From Anaerolineales bacterium (GTDB taxonomy: Bacteria; Chloroflexota; Anaerolineae; B4-G1; SLSP01), in the NCBI GenBank assembly GCA_046541755.1, contig JBKHCQ010000003.1:1-37469 (forward strand): a DNA stretch of 37,469 nucleotides. Direction: 5' to 3'. The translations under genes were made by a program, and so were the position numbers. The notes under the pieces were generated by a model. It saw nothing but the letters and a program-made list of their open reading frames with translations, was not told the origin of the DNA and did no database searches. Shown here in pieces: positions 1 to 7,893 of the stretch. Positions within the stretch are counted from its first letter, which is position 1; each line of letters starts with the position of its first letter.

Positions 1-98
1 CGTAATCCCTCTGGAGCGGATCAAGGTGTGAGAGCGGGGCGGTTTTTCAAACCTTAACCGAAAATTTACTATCTTGCTTTAGTTCGGATGTTGTTTCG

Positions 99-107
99 TG
101 CTATAAT
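99..107 (+). promoter_or_regulatory. Putative sigma70-type extended -10 promoter element (TGcTATAAT)
   Basis: TG-n-TATAAT at 99-107 in an AT-rich intergenic stretch 31 nt before the ATG at 139. RBS-like GAGGTAGG at 130-137. No well-spaced -35 seen. Confidence 0.55.
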
Positions 108-138
108 TTAGTTAATTCAAAGTTATGATGAGGTAGGT

Positions 139-528
139 ATGGGAGCCAAAATTTTATATATTGAAGATAACTTTGCAAATCGGATGTTAGTTTCGCGAGT
201 TCTCATGGTTGAGGATTACGAGGTCTTCGAGGCTGAGGATGGCCCAACGGGCATCGAGTTGGCGCTTAGAGAGCAGCCGGATTTGATCTTGATGGATGTG
301 AACTTGCCCGACATTGACGGTTACGAATTGACCGCGAAGATGCGGGATATCCCAGAATTGGCCGGCACGCCCATCATCGCGATGACGGCCAATGTTATGC
401 AGGGGGATCGCGAGAAGAGCTTGGAGGCGGGCTGTGATGGTTACATCCCTAAGCCGATTGACGTCGATTCCTTGCCGGGCCAAATTGCTGATTTCCTGGA
501 GAAGCAGGCGCGAGGGGAGTTACGGTAG
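139..528 (+). CDS. Single-domain response regulator (REC, DivK-like)
   Basis: 129 aa with KILYIEDN, PDLILMDVNLP (phosphoacceptor Asp), PIIAMTA and GCDGYIPKPID. No output domain. Confidence 0.95.
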   Translation: MGAKILYIEDNFANRMLVSRVLMVEDYEVFEAEDGPTGIELALREQPDLILMDVNLPDIDGYELTAKMRDIPELAGTPIIAMTANVMQGDREKSLEAGCDGYIPKPIDVDSLPGQIADFLEKQARGELR

Positions 529-591
529 CTCAGGGCATCAAAAATAGTCTTCTCCACATACACTATTCGTAGTTTTTGAGGATGTGATTCA

Positions 592-1005
592 ATGGCGGGA
601 ACACCTCCCTCAGAGGCAACGATTCTAATCGTTGAGGATAACCTAAATAACTTTATCTTGATGACGCGCTTGCTGGCTTACTTGGGGGTCAAGCGGTGCG
701 AGTGGAAGGCCTCTGGATGGAAGGTGTTGGAATTCGCTGAGACGTTGGGTGATATTGATTTGATCCTGATGGATATTTTCCTGCCGGCGGCGGATGGATA
801 TGAGTCCCTGGCATCGCTGCGGACGCACCCGCGTTTCGAAAACGTGCCCATCGTCGCAGTGACCGCTGATGCTTCGGTGGAGAACTTGCAACGCGCGCGC
901 GCGGCCGGCTTCGATGGTTTTATTGGCAAGCCCTTAGACTCCGATCGTTTCCCCGAACAGGTGCGCCGGTTACTGAATGGTGATGAGGTATGGGAACGGG
1001 AGTGA
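592..1005 (+). CDS. Single-domain response regulator (REC, DivK/CheY-like)
   Basis: 137 aa with ILIVEDN, DLILMDIFLP, PIVAVTA and GFDGFIGKPLD. All canonical receiver residues are present and there is no output domain. Confidence 0.93.
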   Translation: MAGTPPSEATILIVEDNLNNFILMTRLLAYLGVKRCEWKASGWKVLEFAETLGDIDLILMDIFLPAADGYESLASLRTHPRFENVPIVAVTADASVENLQRARAAGFDGFIGKPLDSDRFPEQVRRLLNGDEVWERE

Positions 1006-3470
1006 CCCGCCAGGGTGAGGCTCCTGATGTCGCCCGAACGATTCCAACCACCGGCATGCGGGGCGGTTTAGGGCGCACGCTCCTCACCGCTTTCTTGATC
1101 CTGGCGATTGTGCCCTTGGGATTGATTGGTAGTTATGCTCTGCAACAAAATCGCAAGAATCTGCAATTAGAAGTGGAGCGTAAACTTCAGACCCTGGCTA
1201 TCTTGAAAGGGGAAGCGTTACGGCGTTGGTTTGAGGATTTACATACCTCGTTCCGTCTGACGCTTTCTCTATCTCAGACGCAATCGCTGTCCGCGTCGGA
1301 GTCCGCGCGTCGCGCGTGGTGGACGAATATGACAGCTCAGATGCCCGACCTGCGCGGTGTATGGGCTGTGGATCAAACCGGGCAGACGATATGGTTGCTG
1401 GGAACTTGTCCTCAAATCAATGATCACCTCCCCCCTGGTGTGACGCCCTCGGTGATAACCGCGCCATCATCTGTGCCATCTGAATGGCCATCTGAGCCGA
1501 TGATGTTTTCTATCTTTTATCCAGAAGCGTCGGAGACTGACGGGGCTATGGTGGCCCTGGCGCTTTCTTATGAGACCGAAAACGGGACCGAAAACGAGAC
1601 CGAAACCTATATCTTTTGCCTGGCGGCTGAGAGGCTCTGGGATGTGATCGGGGCGCAGCATGGGGAAAACGCAGCCAATAACTTCTTTTTGGTGCATCAC
1701 GATTGCCTGTGGGCGCGGCAAGGTGTATGCACCGCGCCGGCTGAGGAAAGTATCATTGGAGAGAATCTGGTCAGCGGATTTTACGAGAACCATCAGGGCG
1801 CGACTGTGTTGGGCGCCTACTATCCGATGCCGGCGCTGGACGCGGGCATCCTAGTGGAACAGAATCAGGCCGAGATGATGGCCTCCTCGGATCGAATGGC
1901 GGCGACCTTTATCGCGTTGGTGCTGGCGGGCGCGATTGCTACGACAGCCATCTCCGCCATCGTGATCCGGCAAATTACGCGCCCCGTGATTCAATTGACC
2001 GAGTCGGCGGTGGCGATGGCCGAGGGCGATTTGGATCAGTCCGTGGCCGTCACCTCGCGTGATGAGATTGGGATCTTGACCTACGTCTTCAACGAGATGG
2101 CTGCTGAGCTAAAGTCGCTCTACGAGGACCTGGAAGCGAAGGTCGCGGTGCGGACGCAAGAGCTTCAGCGCGCGAACTATCAGATCCAGCGCCGCGCGTT
2201 GCACTTTCAGGCCAGCCAGGAAGTGAGCCAGGCCATCACCTCGATTCGCGATCCGGAGTTGCTGCTCAGTCGCGTAGCCGACCTGATCCGCGATCACTTC
2301 GTCTACGCTTCCGTGGCGGTCTATCTAGTCGAACCGGGCGGCGGCGAGATTCGACGTCGCGCGCTCAGCCCGATGGCTGGGGAATGGCCGGAACGTTGCT
2401 ACCCCGGCGATGGCAGCGTTGTGGATCGCGCGGTTCGTAGTCGCGAAGCGCAAGTGATCGCCGAGACGTTGGGCGGCGAGGAGGAGGTCCCGTGGCATCA
2501 GCGGTTGCGATGTCAAGTGGCCGTCCCCTTTCGGATGTCGGCAATCAGCAGATCCTCGGATCTCCCGGCGGAGCGCGTCTTGGGCGCGATGGCCGTTAGC
2601 TCGACCGGGCGGGAGCGCATCCAGGAGGATGAAGTCACCGTCCTGGAGATCTTGGCCAATCAAGTGGCCATCGCGTTGGAGAACGCCGAGGCTTATGAGC
2701 GCGAACGGCAGGCCGCCGAGCAGTTGGAGGAGGCGGAGGCCTTCAAATCGCGCTTTTTGGCGAATATGTCGCATGAATTGCGCGAGCCGCTGAATACGAT
2801 TATCGGCTTCTCCCGCCTGATGCTCAAGGGCATCGATGGCCCGTTGAATGAGCGCCAGATTTTGGACTTGGAGCAGATTTACAACGACAGCAAACATCTC
2901 CTCTTCTTAATCAACGACATCCTGGCAATTTCGCAGATTCAGGCGGGCTTGATGGAGTTGAAATTACAGCCGGTCGATTTCCAAGAGATTGTCACCGGTG
3001 TGATGCCGACGGCCAGCGCGTTGGTGCGCGGCAGGGATATCGAGTTGGTGCGGGAGATCGCCGCTGATCTGCCGATGCTGCGGGTGGATCCCGCGCGATT
3101 CCGGCAGATCCTCGTGCATCTCTTCACCAACGCGGCGAAGTTTACCGAGGAGGGGCGCATCACCCTCCGGGCGTGGTATCCAGAGGGCGGGCCAGGGGAT
3201 CGGGTGTACATCAGCGTGAGCGATACCGGCATCGGCATCCCCGTGGAGGATCGGAATCGAATCTTTGTGAAATTTGAGAAAGGGCAGGATCGGCAGGCAA
3301 TCGAAATGGCGGAGCGGCGGCGCCCCGGGGCGGGATTGGGGCTAGCGTTATCCAAAGAATTTGTGGAGATGCACGGCGGTCAAATCTGGGTCGAAAGCGA
3401 AGTGGGGAAAGGCAGCACCTTCACCTTCTCGGTGCCTTGCTATCGAACCTCAGAGTCAGAGATAAGTTGA
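990..3470 (+). CDS. Membrane sensor histidine kinase (TM-Cache-like ectodomain-TM-HAMP-GAF-HisKA-HATPase_c)
   Basis: Two hydrophobic segments, HAMP (ITRPVIQL..DEIGILTYVFNEM), GAF (..VAVPF..LANQVAIALENA), H-box FLANMSHELREPL, N-box TNAAKFT, G1 DTGIGI, G2 GAGLGLA, and GGQIWVESEVGKGSTFTF. The start overlaps the upstream gene and could be slightly later. Confidence 0.95.
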   Translation: MGTGVTRQGEAPDVARTIPTTGMRGGLGRTLLTAFLILAIVPLGLIGSYALQQNRKNLQLEVERKLQTLAILKGEALRRWFEDLHTSFRLTLSLSQTQSLSASESARRAWWTNMTAQMPDLRGVWAVDQTGQTIWLLGTCPQINDHLPPGVTPSVITAPSSVPSEWPSEPMMFSIFYPEASETDGAMVALALSYETENGTENETETYIFCLAAERLWDVIGAQHGENAANNFFLVHHDCLWARQGVCTAPAEESIIGENLVSGFYENHQGATVLGAYYPMPALDAGILVEQNQAEMMASSDRMAATFIALVLAGAIATTAISAIVIRQITRPVIQLTESAVAMAEGDLDQSVAVTSRDEIGILTYVFNEMAAELKSLYEDLEAKVAVRTQELQRANYQIQRRALHFQASQEVSQAITSIRDPELLLSRVADLIRDHFVYASVAVYLVEPGGGEIRRRALSPMAGEWPERCYPGDGSVVDRAVRSREAQVIAETLGGEEEVPWHQRLRCQVAVPFRMSAISRSSDLPAERVLGAMAVSSTGRERIQEDEVTVLEILANQVAIALENAEAYERERQAAEQLEEAEAFKSRFLANMSHELREPLNTIIGFSRLMLKGIDGPLNERQILDLEQIYNDSKHLLFLINDILAISQIQAGLMELKLQPVDFQEIVTGVMPTASALVRGRDIELVREIAADLPMLRVDPARFRQILVHLFTNAAKFTEEGRITLRAWYPEGGPGDRVYISVSDTGIGIPVEDRNRIFVKFEKGQDRQAIEMAERRRPGAGLGLALSKEFVEMHGGQIWVESEVGKGSTFTFSVPCYRTSESEIS
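1572..1607 (+). repeat. 3 x 12-nt tandem repeat (G[A/G]GACCGAAA[A/C]C) in the kinase ectodomain
   Basis: gagaccgaaaac gggaccgaaaac gagaccgaaacc, encoding ETENGTENETET. Confidence 0.8.
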
Positions 3471-3506
3471 TTTTTTGACGCGCCCGTAGACCGCGGGGAG
3501 GCATGA

Positions 3507-5459
3507 GTGAGCGAAGAACAGAATACAACAGATAAAAACCTATACGACGTTGACAAGCGCGCGGAGCGGGCCGTCTTTAGTTGGCGTCAAACGTTGATCG
3601 ACCGGGCGTTAAAGATCCTCGCGCTCGTGCTGTTGCCCGTGGCCGTCGGCAGCTTCTACGTTCTCCAACAGGCTGGGATCGCCGGCATGCTCCCGATTGT
3701 GCTCCTCGCCTACCTGATATTGGCGCTCAGCGCGTTGCTCTCGCAGATCCCCTATCCCTGGCGCGTCCGGGGATTCTTGGCCGCGATCTATCTGGTCGGC
3801 GTCGGCGAGTTGATCTTTCTGGGCTGGGGGATGAACGCGCGCCTCTTATTGCTGGCCTTCCCGCTCTTCGCCATCATCTTTAACGGCGCGCGCGAGGGGT
3901 ACATCACCTTGGGCATCGCCAGCGCGACGTTGTGGGGCTTTATCGTGGGGGAACGGGCGGGCGGGCTGCCGATCGTCGGCGCTCAAGTCGCGGCGGGGCC
4001 GAGCGGATGGATCACATTGCTTGTTGGGTGGGGACTCTTCACCGTCTTAGGCGGGGGAGGCTTGGCTTCCTTGGATTATCTCTATCCGCGTATGTTGCGG
4101 GTCATTGATCACCTGCGAGATCGTGTTCAGGGGGTAGAGGCGGAGCGCGAGGAGCTACAGGAGCGGTTGCAGATGCTGCAGGCCTCGAACCTCACCTTTC
4201 AACGGCGCGCGATGTATTTGGAGGCCAGTTTGGAGGTCTCGCAGGTGCTTTCGACTTTGTTCGAAGTCGAACCGCTGTTGGATCGGGCGGTGAATTTAAT
4301 CACCCAGCACTTTGGATTCTACCACACCGGCATCTTCTTGATGGATGATGCCGGCGAGTGGGCCATCCTGCGGGCCGCATCCTCCGCCGGCGGGCGCCGG
4401 ATGTTGACCAAGGGGCATCGTCTGCGCCGAGGCAGCGATAGCATGGTTGGCTGGGTGGTGAAGCGCCGCCAGCCGCGCATCGCGGCGGATGTCGGCGCGG
4501 ACGCCGTTCACTTCGAGAACCCCGATCTGCCGGCGACGCGCTCGGAGATCGCGCTGCCCCTGATGGTCTCCGGGCGCGTGATCGGCGTGTTGGATGTGCA
4601 GAGCACGGAGGAGGCGGCCTTTGATCAGGATGATGTCCGCGCGCTGGAGGGGTTGGCGGGCCAGCTTTCGGTCGCGATCCACAACGCGCGGCGTTTGAGC
4701 GAGGAGGCGTCGCTGTTGGAGGCGACCAGCCCCTTCTATCGCCTGGCGCGCCGCTTGGCCACGGCCCGCACGGAGCGTGAAATCCACACAGCGATGTTGG
4801 GCGCGGCGCAGGATTTCAATCCGATGCGAAGCGTCATCGTGCGAGGCCGCTTGGAAGTTGGAGATCAGCAGCTTTCTGAATCTGCGCATCGCGCCCTCGT
4901 CATTGCAGCCGAGATGCGGCGCGGTAAATTGTACATCCCGGAGCAGCCGGTGTTGACGGCGGAGACGGCGGACTATTACACACACGTCATGCGCTTAGCT
5001 CGCGCCCAGGCGGAACCACTGCTCATTGCCGATCTCTCGGATCTGCCAGCGGCGCCCGCGTCGGAGGCGCTCCAGCAGGTCGTCGCGGAGAGCAGGGCCG
5101 CCGCCGAGGCGCGGAGCTTGGCCCTGATCCCCATTCGAGTTGAGGAGACGCTTTTGGGCGCTTTGATGGTCTTGTACGGCACGGTGCACGAGTTCGCGCC
5201 GTTGGAAGCGCGGCTCTATCGCGTGTTGGGCGATATGGGCGGCTTGGCGTTGGATAACGCCCGTCTCTTAGTCGCTGCGCAGGAGCGCGCGGAACGGGAA
5301 CAATTGACCTCCGAAATCTCGGCGCACGTCCAGGCGGCTGCTACCGACATCGATGAGGTGTTGCAGACGACCTTGCGGGAGTTGGGTGTGGCCCTGCAAG
5401 CGTCCGGGACAATTCTTCTCGGCTCCGGCGACCGTCAAAAAGATGGGGTGAGTAGGTAG
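3507..5459 (+). CDS. Receptor paralog 1: multi-TM - coiled coil - GAF - GAF - C-terminal tail; no catalytic output
   Basis: GTG start after GGGGAG. About 5-6 hydrophobic segments, GAF1 (FYHTGIFL..FENPDLPATRSEIALPL..LDVQS), a longer second GAF ending ALDNARLL, and the tail AEREQLTSEISAHVQAAATDIDEVLQTTLRELG. Confidence 0.9.
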   Translation: MSEEQNTTDKNLYDVDKRAERAVFSWRQTLIDRALKILALVLLPVAVGSFYVLQQAGIAGMLPIVLLAYLILALSALLSQIPYPWRVRGFLAAIYLVGVGELIFLGWGMNARLLLLAFPLFAIIFNGAREGYITLGIASATLWGFIVGERAGGLPIVGAQVAAGPSGWITLLVGWGLFTVLGGGGLASLDYLYPRMLRVIDHLRDRVQGVEAEREELQERLQMLQASNLTFQRRAMYLEASLEVSQVLSTLFEVEPLLDRAVNLITQHFGFYHTGIFLMDDAGEWAILRAASSAGGRRMLTKGHRLRRGSDSMVGWVVKRRQPRIAADVGADAVHFENPDLPATRSEIALPLMVSGRVIGVLDVQSTEEAAFDQDDVRALEGLAGQLSVAIHNARRLSEEASLLEATSPFYRLARRLATARTEREIHTAMLGAAQDFNPMRSVIVRGRLEVGDQQLSESAHRALVIAAEMRRGKLYIPEQPVLTAETADYYTHVMRLARAQAEPLLIADLSDLPAAPASEALQQVVAESRAAAEARSLALIPIRVEETLLGALMVLYGTVHEFAPLEARLYRVLGDMGGLALDNARLLVAAQERAEREQLTSEISAHVQAAATDIDEVLQTTLRELGVALQASGTILLGSGDRQKDGVSR

Positions 5460-5461
5460 AG

Positions 5462-7858
5462 GTGAGCGGTATGATTATGAGGAAAAACAGAGTTAGTATC
5501 CAGGAGCGGCCAGCGCTAAGAGTTTATCGGTGGGTAGCCGGGATGCTGTTGGCGTTGATGGTGATAGGCCTGGCGCCGCGATCCTCCTATGCGCAAGGTG
5601 TGCTATCCTCCGCTCGACCCGGAGATCGGAATGATGCGCCGGCCCGCTCGGCGGAGCTTCAGGAGCCGGATGGCGAGCGACGCGCGGTATGGATATTGAA
5701 TTCCTATCATCACGGGCTGTCGTGGACGGATGACATCGTGACGGTCATCGATGCGACGTTGACGGGGCCGGAAAGTGATGTGACGGATGAGGTGGAATTG
5801 TACATCGACTACATGGATACCAAACGGCTGCCCTTCGATGAGGCGTATGCGCGGGAACTCTACGAGATGTATCGGGAGAAATATCGCGATGTCGCGTTCG
5901 AGGTCATCATCGTCTCCGATAACTATGCCTATGACTTTATGCGTCAATACCATGACCAGCTTTTCCCGGAGGCGCCCGTCGTCTTCTGCGGCGTGAACTT
6001 CTTCCAGCCGCAGGATTTGGAGGGACACGAGATGTTCACCGGCGTCGTAGAAGAGGTGGACATCGATGCTACGTTGGAGGTCGCGTTAGCCTTGCATCCC
6101 CAGACTGAGCAAATCGTCGTGGTCAACGACGCGACGGCGACCGGCCAGTTGATCCAGGACGAATTTGAGCGAGTTCGCGGGCTTTATGAAGATCAGGTGG
6201 AGTTCGTCGTTTATCAGGGCTTATCGCTCGGAGAATTGCGGGCCGAGCTGAGCGAATTACCGGAGAACAGTTTAATCCTCCTTATCCTTTTTAATCGCGA
6301 CGGGGCGGGCCGATTTTTCACCTACGAGGAGAGCATCGAACATATTTACGCGGCCACCGATCGTCCTATCTACGGCCTGTGGGATTTCTACATAGGGTAC
6401 GGGCTGGTTGGCGGGATGTTGGCGAATGGCCCGGCGCAGGGTGAGGCGGGGGCCAAGTTGGCGGCGCGAATTTTGGAGGGAGAGTCGGTCCAATCGATCC
6501 CCGTGATGCGCGAGAGTCCTAATCGATATATGTTCGATTATGAACAGTTGGAGCGCTTGGGCATCTCGATTCAAGCGTTACCGGGCTATAATCCCAATCT
6601 ACCGGGTTTCAGCGTCATTATCAATCGGCCGCCGACCTTTGCGGAGCGTTTTGGACCTGGCTTGGTCATCGGGACTGTGGTGGTGATGATATTCGCGGGG
6701 ATTTCGGCCTTGCAGTTCAACAACTTGCACAAGCAGCGCGAGATCCAGGCCAAGTTGCGCGAAAGCAACCTGGCATTGGAAGCATCCCGCGAGGTGCTGG
6801 AGACGCGCGTCGCGGAGCGGACGACAGAGTTGCGACGTCGTTCGGAGCAACTCGAGGCGGCTGCTGTGGTGGCCCGCGATGCGGCGGCTATTCGCAGCAT
6901 TGACCAGTTGATGGAGACGATGGTCAATCTGATCTCCGAGCAGTTCGATTTTTATCACGCCGGCATCTTTTTGGTGGACGAATCGCGGGAATACGCCGTG
7001 TTGGAGGCCGCTTCCTCGGAAGGCGGGAAGCGGATGTTAGAGCGCGGCCATCGATTGCGCGTGGGCGAGGAGGCCAACGCCCAGGGCATCGTGGGCTACG
7101 TAGCGATGCACGGCGAGCCGCGCATCGCTTTAGATGTCGGTCAGGATGCGGTGTGGTTCGATAATCCCGATCTGCCAGAGACGCGCTCGGAGATGGGCCT
7201 CCCGTTGATGATCCGGGATGAGGTCATCGGGGTGCTGAACGTGCAATCGAAGCGCGAGGCGGCCTTCTCCGACGAGGACATCTCGGTATTGCAGACGATG
7301 GCGGATCAGCTAGCGTTGGCGATCCGCAACGCCCGCCTTTTGACGGAAAGTCAGCGCGCTTTGGAGCGCTTGGAGATGCTCTATGGCGAGCGTGCGCAGC
7401 ATGCGTGGCGCGAAGAGGTTAGGGCGCGTGGTTATCGTTATGATGGCATCGTGCTCTCGAAGCTCCGCGGCGCGGGCGCTGCGCGACCGGTTCCTGCGGA
7501 GACGCCCCTCGAAGATGTGCAGGAAAATGAGGCCGGTCAACTAGTCGTGCCCATCCTCTTGCACGATCAAGTCATTGGGCAGATTGTCCTGGAGCGCGCG
7601 GGCGCCGATGCTGCGTGGACGGAGAATGAGAAGGCGCTGGCGCGCACCATCGGCGCTCAGGCAGGCCTCGCTTTGGAGAGCGCCCGGCTCTTGCGGGCGT
7701 CCCAGGCGCAAGCGGTCCAGGATCGCCTGCTCAGCGATATCTCTGGTCGCGTGCGAGAGACACTGGATATTGATATGATGTTGCAGACGGCCGTGCGCGA
7801 AATTGGGCAAGTGTTGGATCTGGCAGAGGTCGAAGTGCGTCTGACGGGCGCCGAGTAG
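5462..7858 (+). CDS. Receptor paralog 2: ABC-type substrate-binding-like ectodomain - TM - GAF - partial GAF - tail
   Basis: N-terminal hydrophobic/signal segment. Motifs ILNSYH..W..D, YMDTKR, PVVFCGVN, TGVVE, GLVGG and YMFDY are typical of ABC_sub_bind-like sensor ectodomains fused to kinases. Then a TM, LETRVAERT, the conserved GAF1, and the tail ..VRETLDIDMMLQTAVREIG..VEVRL. Alternative starts at 5471/5477. Confidence 0.9.
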   Translation: MSGMIMRKNRVSIQERPALRVYRWVAGMLLALMVIGLAPRSSYAQGVLSSARPGDRNDAPARSAELQEPDGERRAVWILNSYHHGLSWTDDIVTVIDATLTGPESDVTDEVELYIDYMDTKRLPFDEAYARELYEMYREKYRDVAFEVIIVSDNYAYDFMRQYHDQLFPEAPVVFCGVNFFQPQDLEGHEMFTGVVEEVDIDATLEVALALHPQTEQIVVVNDATATGQLIQDEFERVRGLYEDQVEFVVYQGLSLGELRAELSELPENSLILLILFNRDGAGRFFTYEESIEHIYAATDRPIYGLWDFYIGYGLVGGMLANGPAQGEAGAKLAARILEGESVQSIPVMRESPNRYMFDYEQLERLGISIQALPGYNPNLPGFSVIINRPPTFAERFGPGLVIGTVVVMIFAGISALQFNNLHKQREIQAKLRESNLALEASREVLETRVAERTTELRRRSEQLEAAAVVARDAAAIRSIDQLMETMVNLISEQFDFYHAGIFLVDESREYAVLEAASSEGGKRMLERGHRLRVGEEANAQGIVGYVAMHGEPRIALDVGQDAVWFDNPDLPETRSEMGLPLMIRDEVIGVLNVQSKREAAFSDEDISVLQTMADQLALAIRNARLLTESQRALERLEMLYGERAQHAWREEVRARGYRYDGIVLSKLRGAGAARPVPAETPLEDVQENEAGQLVVPILLHDQVIGQIVLERAGADAAWTENEKALARTIGAQAGLALESARLLRASQAQAVQDRLLSDISGRVRETLDIDMMLQTAVREIGQVLDLAEVEVRLTGAE

Positions 7859-7893
7859 CGAATTTTAAGCGACGAGCGAATGATGAGGGTTCT

